DNA of 64,000 nucleotides, from assembly GCA_038062895.1 (NCBI GenBank), contig JBBTWJ010000006.1, forward strand, positions 48,862-112,861. The letters are read 5' to 3'. The position numbers and the translations under genes were made by a program. Origin of the DNA: Patescibacteria group bacterium (GTDB taxonomy: Bacteria > Patescibacteriota > Microgenomatia > UBA10105 > UBA927). Shown one piece after another: positions 10,253-18,740 of the stretch. Positions within the stretch are counted from its first letter, which is position 1. Each line of letters opens with the position of its first letter. Below the pieces are notes generated by a model. That model was not told where the DNA came from. It saw only the letters and a program-made list of their open reading frames with translations, and did no database searches.

Positions 10253-10292
10253 AGGGATCAATTTGCCTGCGGCCGCAAAGATTTTGACACCG
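10253..10292. repeat. Degenerate second copy of the 11107-11146 palindrome, overlapping the PaaX-like stop codon
   Basis: AGGGATCAATTTgCcTGCGGCCGCAAagAttTTGAcaCCg. Confidence 0.8.
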
Positions 10293-11079
10293 ATAGAAGT
10301 TGAGATTTAACGAGCGCGTTGGCTTTATCCCCCTTCCACCACGGCGGAAGAAGAGCAAACGGGAGTTGCGGATCGTCATTTAAAATCGCAAGGCAACGGA
10401 TCAATGCAAAATGATCAATGCCATCGAGTTCTTCCACGGAAGACAACCACTTTTCATATCGATCATTAAGATTTTCGAGTTTGTAGACCCGAACCAAAAG
10501 TGCCCGAAGGTCTTCCTCGCCAACTGCACCGTCTTTACCCAAATCAGAAACGATGACCGTTCCGGATAACTCTTTTTCGTCGACAAATGACCGAACAAGG
10601 TCTATAGGATTGTATGGTGTAATCCAAACCGACTCTTGTAGCATGGCACAACCAATTCTCCTAAGGAACTCCCTGAGCAGCTCCCGGTCAATCTTTCTGC
10701 TTTCGGGTATATCATAGGTCACCAAATGCATCCGTCCATCCCACGTACGCTTGTCATCGTATTGTGGAATAATCGAAGCTAGCCGCAACTTTCCTTTCCC
10801 CGTAATCTCCGGCAGCGCATTTCGCCGACGTGTCTTTATCCATCCGTTACGCCGAGCCATCTTAAGTGCATTCTTGATGACATCATAGTTAACCTGGTAT
10901 AAATAATGATCTGCTGCAATTTGCGCCCGCCACACCTGACCGGAGGTAGATTGTGGAAGACCAACTTCTCCCATATAAACTACGGTCCACAATGCCAAGT
11001 CGACGGCATGAGAAAATAATCCTTCTGCCAAGGCAAGAGCCGCTCTACTCATAGCTCTCGTAATACCTTTCTTTCTCAT
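10258..11079 (-). CDS. PaaX-family transcriptional regulator with Cas2-like central domain
   Basis: WDGRMHLVTYDIPE...LRRIGCAMLQESVWITP; C-terminal DPQLPFALLPPWWKG. Confidence 0.85.
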   Translation of the reverse strand: MRKKGITRAMSRAALALAEGLFSHAVDLALWTVVYMGEVGLPQSTSGQVWRAQIAADHYLYQVNYDVIKNALKMARRNGWIKTRRRNALPEITGKGKLRLASIIPQYDDKRTWDGRMHLVTYDIPESRKIDRELLREFLRRIGCAMLQESVWITPYNPIDLVRSFVDEKELSGTVIVSDLGKDGAVGEEDLRALLVRVYKLENLNDRYEKWLSSVEELDGIDHFALIRCLAILNDDPQLPFALLPPWWKGDKANALVKSQLLSVSKSLRPQAN

Positions 11080-11106
11080 CTATTCCACAATAGCACATCA
11101 TTTCTT

Positions 11107-11146
11107 AGGGATCAATTTACTTGCGGCCGCAATTAAATTGATCCCT
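11107..11146. promoter_or_regulatory. 40-bp near-perfect palindrome (candidate operator) overlapping the -35 of the PaaX-like gene
   Basis: AGGGATCAATTTA-C-TTGCGGCCGCAA-T-TAAATTGATCCCT. The minus strand gives TTGATC-17-TATTGT with a TG extension, 7 nt before ATG 11079. Confidence 0.75.
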
Positions 11147-11208
11147 TTAGTCTCATAGAATATCCACACATAGAATATCTTCACTGCACCACGATATAAT
11201 CAGGACGT

Positions 11209-11856
11209 ATGACGACAACATTTATCCTAATCCGGCACGGAGAAACGAGGTGGAATCTACAAAGAAAGTTAATGGGCGTTACCGATATCCCCCTCAACGC
11301 CACAGGAAAAAAGCAGGCGAAAGCGGTTGCCAAGCACCTAGCGTCGTATCCGCTCGACATTATCTTCACATCTCCGCTCACCCGCACACGCCAAACCGCC
11401 CGCATCATCCATAGTTTTCATCCAAACATTTCACTCATAACCAAAAACGATCTCCGAGAGCGTAACTTTGGAATAGCCGAAGGATTCGGATACCAAAACG
11501 CCAATGTCCTCTACCCGCAGCTCATTTACAACGAAACGTGGAAATATCACCATTTCCGGCCTCAAAACGGGGAATCACTTGCAGAGATAGAAAAACGTGC
11601 CGACACCTTCCTCTCATGGGTACTTAATGCATACAAAGGCAAAAAAATCGCCATTATATCTCATGGTACTTTTTTGCGTGTCCTCATCTGTCGCCTTATG
11701 GAGATTCCATTGTTAGACTTCACGAGAAACCATATGGACAATACCGCGATCACGATACTGCAACATACGACCGGCTACGGGGCTACTATCCATGTCGCTA
11801 ACGACACAGCTCATCTTCCTACTCTCGTAAAAAAGGTCGAAAAAAGAAGCAACTAG
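11209..11856 (+). CDS. Histidine phosphatase (phosphoglycerate mutase family)
   Basis: LIRHGET, SPLTR, LRERNFG, GES and ISHG motifs. Confidence 0.92.
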   Translation: MTTTFILIRHGETRWNLQRKLMGVTDIPLNATGKKQAKAVAKHLASYPLDIIFTSPLTRTRQTARIIHSFHPNISLITKNDLRERNFGIAEGFGYQNANVLYPQLIYNETWKYHHFRPQNGESLAEIEKRADTFLSWVLNAYKGKKIAIISHGTFLRVLICRLMEIPLLDFTRNHMDNTAITILQHTTGYGATIHVANDTAHLPTLVKKVEKRSN

Positions 11857-12320
11857 AGAGGGTATTCTTTTGAGAATTGGCTCTTATTACCGGAGATATT
11901 GGTAAATTCAAGAACCACAGAAACACTCTTGACTCCAGGATGAGGCCTACAGACATTACGGGAACACGTTCCCAAGTAAATATCATCCCGGATAAATGAA
12001 TCTTTCCCCGATACATCAAGCGGCTTGCTGGTCACCCCCTGCACAATTCCCTGACTGTCATAACTAAGTTCATACGCGACCGTCCGCACTTTCCCGCCAA
12101 GACCATTCACTGATAAAACAACCGTATTATCCTTCAGTTTGCTTTTGGTAAGTTCTACGACAATGGCAGGATCTAAAGTTTCCAATGTTTCTACCGGAAC
12201 CTGTTCGTCCACCACCTGTTTAACTTCTGGAGTTGGGGCAAGTGCTTTATATATCACAAATCCCGTCCCAATCAATAAAATCCCTAACGCAGCAACGGCG
12301 ATAATCATCTTATTTTTCAT
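11853..12320 (-). CDS. Membrane-anchored extracellular hypothetical protein
   Basis: N-terminal TM helix, beta-rich domain with GTCSRNVC; GGAGG SD. Confidence 0.75.
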   Translation of the reverse strand: MKNKMIIAVAALGILLIGTGFVIYKALAPTPEVKQVVDEQVPVETLETLDPAIVVELTKSKLKDNTVVLSVNGLGGKVRTVAYELSYDSQGIVQGVTSKPLDVSGKDSFIRDDIYLGTCSRNVCRPHPGVKSVSVVLEFTNISGNKSQFSKEYPL

Positions 12321-12334
12321 AGTACCTCCTCAAT

Positions 12335-13732
12335 CTATATCATTAACTTGCTCTCAATATATGCTTTGAGCTGCTCAATGCTCACCCGTTCCTGTTTGGT
12401 GGTATCCCGATCCCGCACCGTCACGGTGTCACTTTCCAGCGTATCATAATCGATGGTGATACACCACGGAGTACCGATCTCATCCTGTGCATAATACCGC
12501 TTCCCGATATTCCCCCGATCATCCCAGGCTGTGGATAGTTTCAATGTTAATTTCAGGTGCTTATATACCTCTTGCGCTTTCGCCGTGATCTCCGGCTTGT
12601 TGCGCACCAATGGAAAAACAGCCACCGTATATGGCGATAACCTCGGATGAAGTTTTAGATAAATACGTTCTCCCTCCTCGCGGTATGCATCAAGCAGTAA
12701 AAATAGAAACGTGCGATCGACTCCCCCAGAAGTTTCCACGATCCACGGGATAAATTTTTCTCCGGTTTCTAAATCGGTATACGTGAAATCATGACCGCTG
12801 TATTGCCCATGGCGGGATAAATCCCAATCACCTCTCCAATGGATTCCTTCTCCTTCTTTCCAGCCCATCGGGGTCTTGTACTCAATATCAAAAGCTTTCT
12901 TGGCATAATGAGCAAGCTCATCATCCCGATGCTGACGAAATCTCAAATTATCTTTATCGTTAAATAAGCTTCTGTACCAATTCATTCGTTGTTCCTTCCA
13001 ATACTCATACCATGTATCCATGGCCTTGGGATTGACAAAAAACTGCATATCCCACTGCTCAAATTCCTTGAGTCTCAACATAAATTGGGGATTAGCCACT
13101 TCATTACGAAATGCTTTTCCAATTTGGGCAATTCCAAAGGGAATCTTGGGATGCATGCTGTCTAAAACGTTTTGATAATCGAGGTAAATAGTTTGACATG
13201 CCTCGCCTTTCAAATATGCGCTTTTTTTGTCACCCTCTACCACCCCCAATGACGTTTCTACCATCAAGCTGAACTTTTTTACCTCCCCCAAAATTCCCCC
13301 ATCCGGAGCTTTTTTCCCTTTTAGTAATTTCGAATAAGCCTCAATAACACTGATCCCTTCTTTTTTTGCCGCTGCATCCGCAGACGCGAGTTCTTCTGGG
13401 GAATACATTTCTTCTATCAAGTGATCAGCGCGATACCTCTTGTTGCCCATCGGGCCACCAACGGATTCAACCATCGCATCGGCAAAGCTGCCCACATGCC
13501 CTGACGCTTCCCACACCTTCGGATGAGTAATAATTGTTCCGTCGATAGGAAAAATATTTTCGTGGTCAACCAGCATGAACTCCCAAAAGAGTTTTTTCAT
13601 GTTTTGACGCAGAAGATGCCCCATTGGTCCCATGTCATAAAATCCCGCGATCCCACCATAAATCTCCGAATTAGGATACACAAATCCCCGGCGCTTACAG
13701 AGAGAAACAATTTTTTCCATTACATTTTCCAT
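12335..13732 (-). CDS. glyQS: Glycine--tRNA ligase, alpha2 (archaeal/eukaryote-like) type
   Basis: KRRGF, VWEASGH, GIAQIGKAFRNE, ELAHY and IGKRY..QDEIGTP motifs; AGGAGG SD. Confidence 0.95.
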   Translation of the reverse strand: MENVMEKIVSLCKRRGFVYPNSEIYGGIAGFYDMGPMGHLLRQNMKKLFWEFMLVDHENIFPIDGTIITHPKVWEASGHVGSFADAMVESVGGPMGNKRYRADHLIEEMYSPEELASADAAAKKEGISVIEAYSKLLKGKKAPDGGILGEVKKFSLMVETSLGVVEGDKKSAYLKGEACQTIYLDYQNVLDSMHPKIPFGIAQIGKAFRNEVANPQFMLRLKEFEQWDMQFFVNPKAMDTWYEYWKEQRMNWYRSLFNDKDNLRFRQHRDDELAHYAKKAFDIEYKTPMGWKEGEGIHWRGDWDLSRHGQYSGHDFTYTDLETGEKFIPWIVETSGGVDRTFLFLLLDAYREEGERIYLKLHPRLSPYTVAVFPLVRNKPEITAKAQEVYKHLKLTLKLSTAWDDRGNIGKRYYAQDEIGTPWCITIDYDTLESDTVTVRDRDTTKQERVSIEQLKAYIESKLMI

Positions 13733-13761
13733 AGTATTTCCTCCTTTTAGTTTATATGATT

Positions 13762-14997
13762 TTAAATAGAATTGAAACAGTAATGCACAGACTGATACGC
13801 GTGACGAATTTGGACCACCTCCCTTCTGATCGTTTCAGGCTTTTTTCTATGAAACAATACTGACGCTATTAGCTTGGCAACAATTCTCATTTCCTTTTCC
13901 TTCATCCCCAGGCGCGTTATTTCATTGGTTCCGATCCGAATTCCAGTCGAATTATTTTCATGGTTCCATGGTAATTGGAACGAATTGACAATAATTTGTG
14001 CCTTTTCAAGTATCCGCATTGCCTCGTTTCCTGAACACTTTGCATCAAATAATACCGTATGGCTCTGTGTAAAATTTTTGTGAGGACAAAGAACGTCAAC
14101 CCCTTGGTTATACAGCTCTTGGGCAAGCGCCTGCGCGTTTTTTATTACCTGCGTCGCGTAATCATGTCCGTACTCTTCAAACTCGGCAAGCGTTATCGCC
14201 AATCCCGCGATATGATGCGGGTGATGATTGGAAGTAAAAAGCGGCACAATTGCATGCTCAATGCTGCTGCGAAATCGTATTTTGTCATTGCAGGCAACTA
14301 ATCCATGACTGGGTGCGGACAAGGTTTTATTCGTACTCATCGAGAGTATATCAGCTCCCTCTGACAACGGATTTTGAAATGTTTGTCCTGCAATAAGTCC
14401 GGATACATGGGCGGCATCATAGATAATTTTTGTCTCTGTCTCATCACAAACTTTTCTCAGCTCCCGGAGCGGAATCGGAAAAAGAAACTCAGAAGTCCCT
14501 ACAATGATCGCGTTTGGCTTTTTTTGTCGTATAAGCATCACCGTTTTTTCCAAGTCTATGGTGTAGTCTTTTTCATCAAACGGTATCGGCTCAAGCCGTA
14601 CATCAAATAATGAAAGTATTCCTGTATTTCCATGACTGTAGTGTCCGCTGTGTTTCACTGGCAATGAAAAAATAAGATCATGAGGTTTCAGGAGTGCATA
14701 ATACGCAACCATATTTGCCACCATTCCTGAAATAGGCTGGAGATTGACATACTGAGCATGAAAAAGATTTTTTGCCGTAGTGACAGCCTCTTTTTCTATT
14801 TTGTCGTAATAGACACATCCGGGATACCATCGCTTGTTTATCTGCCCGACGGTATAACGATTCCCCAAATCTGTCGCAAGTGCCGCCTGCGCTCCCGGAC
14901 TCATAAGGTTTTCGGAAGCTATAAGATTAAGACACTCGCTCCGATACCGAGAGTGCTGATTGATATAATTCCAAATGTTGCAATGATGTTTGATCAT
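13762..14997 (-). CDS. glyA: Serine hydroxymethyltransferase-like PLP enzyme, archaeal-type and divergent
   Basis: NLIASEN, YDAAHVSGLIAG, STNKT (PLP lysine), SNHHPHH and GIRIGT motifs. Start set at ATG 14997, downstream of the terminator. Confidence 0.85.
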   Translation of the reverse strand: MIKHHCNIWNYINQHSRYRSECLNLIASENLMSPGAQAALATDLGNRYTVGQINKRWYPGCVYYDKIEKEAVTTAKNLFHAQYVNLQPISGMVANMVAYYALLKPHDLIFSLPVKHSGHYSHGNTGILSLFDVRLEPIPFDEKDYTIDLEKTVMLIRQKKPNAIIVGTSEFLFPIPLRELRKVCDETETKIIYDAAHVSGLIAGQTFQNPLSEGADILSMSTNKTLSAPSHGLVACNDKIRFRSSIEHAIVPLFTSNHHPHHIAGLAITLAEFEEYGHDYATQVIKNAQALAQELYNQGVDVLCPHKNFTQSHTVLFDAKCSGNEAMRILEKAQIIVNSFQLPWNHENNSTGIRIGTNEITRLGMKEKEMRIVAKLIASVLFHRKKPETIRREVVQIRHAYQSVHYCFNSI

Positions 14998-15009
14998 ACA
15001 TTTACCCAC

Positions 15010-15165
15010 AAAAAAACCGTCCTCACACAGTACACCCGTACCATGTAGGGACGGCCTCAATAAAAGGCGCGGTTCCACCCTACTTAGTGAGACATGATAT
15101 TCCAGTCATCTCACCCACTTCATTCACTTGTGACTCCCACTTGCCAAAGATGGTACAAACGTCAC
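15010..15165 (-). ncRNA. Glycine T-box riboswitch 2 (minimal, gene-proximal)
   Basis: Short stem I with GGC (15145-15143); stem III; antiterminator GUAGGG-UGGAACC-GCG...CGU-CCCUAC; 16-bp terminator followed by U7. Confidence 0.85.
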
Positions 15166-15182
15166 TATTCAATTTTTTCCAC

Positions 15183-15311
15183 AAAAAAACCTACCACAAT
15201 TATTTGTGATAGGGATCCTGCTTCGCAGGACGGTTCCACCCTACTTCCTTGGATTATCCAAGACACTTCATTTTAAAACTTTAAGCTCCCTCATGCCATT
15301 GAGATCATCGC
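15183..15311 (-). ncRNA. Glycine T-box riboswitch 1 (minimal, promoter-proximal)
   Basis: GC-GAUGA-U-CUCA-AUGGCA-UGAG-GGA-GC stem I; CUUGGA/UCCAAG stem III; UAGGG-UGGAACC-GUCCUGC-GAA-GCAGGAU-CCCUA antiterminator; 10-bp terminator followed by U7. Confidence 0.85.
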
Positions 15312-15323
15312 ATTCTTTAAACG

Positions 15324-15352
15324 ATATTATCAATTTTAAAAACCAAAATCAA
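15324..15352 (-). promoter_or_regulatory. Sigma70-type promoter of the T-box-glyA-glyQS operon
   Basis: TTGATT-17 bp-TAATAT with a TG extension, just upstream of T-box 1. Confidence 0.6.
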
Positions 15353-15363
15353 TGACCAAAATA

Positions 15364-15924
15364 TCACGCCAGTTGGGTGAGAAACTTGGGTGTGCGGAGG
15401 CGCTTCTCTATAATTTTTTCAATATATGGATCTATCCTCCCTGCTGGGATACTCTGGTCATGGGCAAGGTACCCAAGGACCCGGAGAAGTTCAAGAGCGT
15501 ACTGTTCATTTGTAACTACTGTGTCAATCTCCATAATACCGTTAAGCGTGTGTAATGCCCCAAGAAGTAGCGCATACACATCCCGGTGTTCCTGCCTCTC
15601 CGGCAAAAGAGCATCGACGAGTTCACAAACATAATACCCAGCGCTTACCCGGGTTAAACTCTCCCGAAGAGATGAAAATGTATGGATAGGAGTCGCTTCT
15701 GTCACGCTATCCCACATTTTTCCTTTGTAAAGGACGAGCGATACATGAGAAAAGACCTCCAGATGGGGAGCCCGACGGCTATGGACGCGGCGTATCCCTT
15801 TAGCGATTACTCTCATCCGACCGTATTCCTTCGTAAATATGGTGACTATACGATCCGCTTCGCCTACGTTACGTCGTTTAAGGATGATTGCATGCGTCGT
15901 GTAGACCCGGCTCAAAGGGGTCAT
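15364..15924 (-). CDS. recO: DNA repair protein RecO
   Basis: AIILKRRNVGEADRIVTIFTKEYGRMRVIAKGIRR. Confidence 0.93.
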   Translation of the reverse strand: MTPLSRVYTTHAIILKRRNVGEADRIVTIFTKEYGRMRVIAKGIRRVHSRRAPHLEVFSHVSLVLYKGKMWDSVTEATPIHTFSSLRESLTRVSAGYYVCELVDALLPERQEHRDVYALLLGALHTLNGIMEIDTVVTNEQYALELLRVLGYLAHDQSIPAGRIDPYIEKIIEKRLRTPKFLTQLA

Positions 15925-15930
15925 AAGAGG

Positions 15931-17970
15931 TTACAACACAAGCTCTGTATCTGATGCAAGCTCAAATTTTTTCCGCTCTTTCCCGCCAAGCTTTATGGTA
16001 TATTCGTCACCATTGGTCCCAGGCTGCTTTTGAATAAGAAGCTTATATTTTCCGTCACTGGATTTCACCCCCGACGTGTACGTGAGATCCAGACGGGCGG
16101 TTCCCAACGGATTCACAATGAGGAATCCCTCAAATACCGTCTTACCCAAGCTATCGTACGTCTCCATCGTAACCGGCTTAGTATCTTTGGGGGATTGAGA
16201 TCCGCGGCTCTCCGTAAGTTTGCTGCCCATCGGCGCATAAACGCGCACCCAATTGCGAAGCGGAGCATTCAGACAAAGCCCGCCACTCTCCAGTCCGCAG
16301 TCACTACCGGGGTAGGGATTCTTATATTCAAGCGTCAGCTTCGTGGTGATAGTCCCGTCGCTACCGACCGAAACGTCCTTAACCACTTTTTCTGAAACGA
16401 ACATGTTGGATTTGGCGCCGGCCATATTACTGTTGTTGACATGGAGATAATCCCAGTCTTTTCCTTCTTCATATTTGAGGAGCGTGGCCGTCTCCGTGGC
16501 TACCATGATCCGGCCAGCCATGTTAAAGCTTTCTGCCGCTTTTTGTGCATCACTATCATGGAAATAGGCAAGCACGTGTTTTTGGTTAATCTCGGTCAGA
16601 AGCATCTGAAACAATTGTCCCCAGTACTTAGACGGAGATATGCCCAACGCTTTTTGCATAAGAGTCTGAAGGAGGACCCCTATGATGTCTTTTCTCGCGT
16701 CACGCAAGTACCCCACGGGCCTTGTCGAGTAATCCTCAAGCTCATAGACGGCCTTGGGACAATCGCAGCGCTTATCCGTATCCGCACTAAACTCCCTCCC
16801 GTAGACATGCACAGAACCTAAAATCCTGAGTGCTTCTACCAATACATGCGTATCAACAGCCCATATACCGTCAATTTTTTCTTTACCGGACACAGAATCA
16901 TAGAGCTCTTCAAATTGTTTCATGGAGAGCTTGTAATCGGGAGAAAGATTAGAATCCCTTATATTCAGGTTATATACGCCTTTATGAAACGTGGTAATTT
17001 CCCGCGGAGCGGGGAAGTTTTTTTTCTTGGCTGCATCCAGCGCGTAGATGTCATCGGCTTTTTCCAGAATCGCCTTACCTTTTACGAGACGAAATTGAGC
17101 ATATGCGGTAATGAACCCACCGGTTGCCCGTAGTTCTTTATCATTTTGAAAAAGTACGAGGTACCGTTTTTCCTCTTTGTCTCCTAAGAGCTTCGGAAGA
17201 TTTACGAGCAGTGGTTGTGCATTCACAAATAAATTCGCTGCATTTTCTATGACTTCTTTGGCTTGCACTATGGCATCCCGTACGACTGTACCTCGTACGT
17301 TCTTGGGATACCGATTGGGGTCAATAGCACCTATTTCTTTTCGAAGCGTATCGATATGCGTAGCCATTTCATTGATTTTTGGTGTAAGAGCGCTCATCGT
17401 TTTAACCGCTGTTTGGAGCCGCTCGTCAGCGGTGCCGGAAACAAACTTACTCTTGCCTTTCAAGCCCAAGAGATCCGCGTTCGGTTCCAGGGCTTCAATT
17501 GCGTTATCCCCAGCGCTTAACCCGGCAAATGCGGCGTTGATTCCATGTTCTCCGTCGGCAATATAACTGCCTAAAAAGGGAACGGATTTCAATGCAATCA
17601 TTTTTTTATATTCTTCAGATAATGCAGTTAGCTTTTGTCTTGTAATCATCAAACCCTCTTTCGCTTTGTCCAAATCCTGATTTTTTACGGCGGACCCCAA
17701 CTCGCGCCCGGCAGCGATGGTCTCCTGTGCCGCCGCAATCACGCCGCGCATCGGGAGAAGCATGATACCGATGACCGCAACCGCGATAACGACAAGACCT
17801 AAGGGAATAAAAATAAATTTCCAAGGAAAAGACCGTCTGGAGTTAGCCTGTCGCAATGAGCCGGTAGAATCGGCTTTTGGAGGGGGTACGGTATCTAACG
17901 TGATTTTTTTGAGAAAATCGGGCATACCAAGTAGTAGATTTTCGTTATTTCTTACGAAATAAAAAACCAT
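15931..17970 (-). CDS. DUF4012-domain membrane-anchored protein
   Basis: TM helix, helical region and YLVLFQNDKELRATGGFI motif. Start may be ATG 17925. Confidence 0.8.
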   Translation of the reverse strand: MVFYFVRNNENLLLGMPDFLKKITLDTVPPPKADSTGSLRQANSRRSFPWKFIFIPLGLVVIAVAVIGIMLLPMRGVIAAAQETIAAGRELGSAVKNQDLDKAKEGLMITRQKLTALSEEYKKMIALKSVPFLGSYIADGEHGINAAFAGLSAGDNAIEALEPNADLLGLKGKSKFVSGTADERLQTAVKTMSALTPKINEMATHIDTLRKEIGAIDPNRYPKNVRGTVVRDAIVQAKEVIENAANLFVNAQPLLVNLPKLLGDKEEKRYLVLFQNDKELRATGGFITAYAQFRLVKGKAILEKADDIYALDAAKKKNFPAPREITTFHKGVYNLNIRDSNLSPDYKLSMKQFEELYDSVSGKEKIDGIWAVDTHVLVEALRILGSVHVYGREFSADTDKRCDCPKAVYELEDYSTRPVGYLRDARKDIIGVLLQTLMQKALGISPSKYWGQLFQMLLTEINQKHVLAYFHDSDAQKAAESFNMAGRIMVATETATLLKYEEGKDWDYLHVNNSNMAGAKSNMFVSEKVVKDVSVGSDGTITTKLTLEYKNPYPGSDCGLESGGLCLNAPLRNWVRVYAPMGSKLTESRGSQSPKDTKPVTMETYDSLGKTVFEGFLIVNPLGTARLDLTYTSGVKSSDGKYKLLIQKQPGTNGDEYTIKLGGKERKKFELASDTELVL

Positions 17971-18001
17971 TATCCTTTCTATTAACCATAAATGAATATT
18001 C

Positions 18002-18056
18002 CCAGATAATCATCTCGTTCATGCGTATTTCATTCGAACGAAAATTCACTACCTGG
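18002..18056. mobile_element. Short degenerate relative of the 32407-32585 MITE-like element
   Basis: GAAAATTCACTACCTGG (18040-18056) is identical to 32569-32585; decayed inverted arm CCAGATAATCATCTCGTTC at 18002. Confidence 0.55.
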
Positions 18057-18099
18057 CATAGCTAGTATTGTTCACATTTAGGAATAAATTGTCAATCTA

Positions 18100-18738
18100 T
18101 CAAACTGCACCTTTACCGGATATCATTGCCCACGGGCTTTTAAGAAGTATTCCGATATCAAACAGTATCGAACGTTTACTCACATAATCCGCATCCATTT
18201 TAATACGCTTATCAAAGTTTACTTCACTTCGCCCTGATACCTGCCAATACCCGGTGATACCGGGTTTAGCGGAAAGCACTACCGAAACCAAATTTTTGGT
18301 GTGGGGATATTTTTTTTGTTGTTGGACCAGTTCATCCTGATAATACGGTCGGGGACCTACCAAGCTCATCTCCCCTCGCAGTACATTAATAAGCTGGGGG
18401 ATCTCGTCTATGGAATGTTTTCTAATAAATTTACCAAAATGAGTAACCCGAGGGTCTTCTTTCAATTTATAACTGTTGCGTTTGTATTCAGAATAAAGTT
18501 TGGCGAATTTAGGGTCAGTCCGGAGTTTTTTGTGCGCATTGACAATCATAGAGCGAAACTTATATATCCGAAATAGACTTCCACCCTTTCCCACGCGCCG
18601 GGGTGTATCAGCAAACACTGAACCAGGGCTATCCAATTTAATTGCAATTGCCGTGACAAACGCCAAAGGAAAAAAAATAAATCCAAGAAATAAACTCCCC
18701 GCAACGTCGATTACCCGCTTCGTAAGTTGGTACCACAT
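18100..18738 (-). CDS. Priming polyprenyl-phosphate glycosylphosphotransferase (Bac_transf domain, WcaJ/WbaP family)
   Basis: KRVID, YKFRSM, DPRVT, DEIPQLINVLRGEMSLVGPRP and KPGITGYWQV motifs. Confidence 0.93.
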   Translation of the reverse strand: MWYQLTKRVIDVAGSLFLGFIFFPLAFVTAIAIKLDSPGSVFADTPRRVGKGGSLFRIYKFRSMIVNAHKKLRTDPKFAKLYSEYKRNSYKLKEDPRVTHFGKFIRKHSIDEIPQLINVLRGEMSLVGPRPYYQDELVQQQKKYPHTKNLVSVVLSAKPGITGYWQVSGRSEVNFDKRIKMDADYVSKRSILFDIGILLKSPWAMISGKGAV

Positions 18739-18740
18739 AA

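Noticed and set aside
10258-11079. CRISPR-Cas locus suggested by the Cas2-like motif
   Set aside because: No repeat-spacer array or other cas genes; the PaaX C-terminal motif is present
14998-15078. N-terminal extension of glyA given by the ORF track
   Set aside because: It runs through the T-box antiterminator and terminator; ATG 14997 is more plausible
15010-15311. ZTP or glycine riboswitch upstream of glyA
   Set aside because: The sequence fits T-box antiterminators instead
17843-17869. Two decayed copies of a TTCGACA(A/G)GCTCA REP-like motif in the DUF4012 N-terminus (STGSLRQAN)
   Set aside because: Short matches with mismatches; cannot be separated from chance
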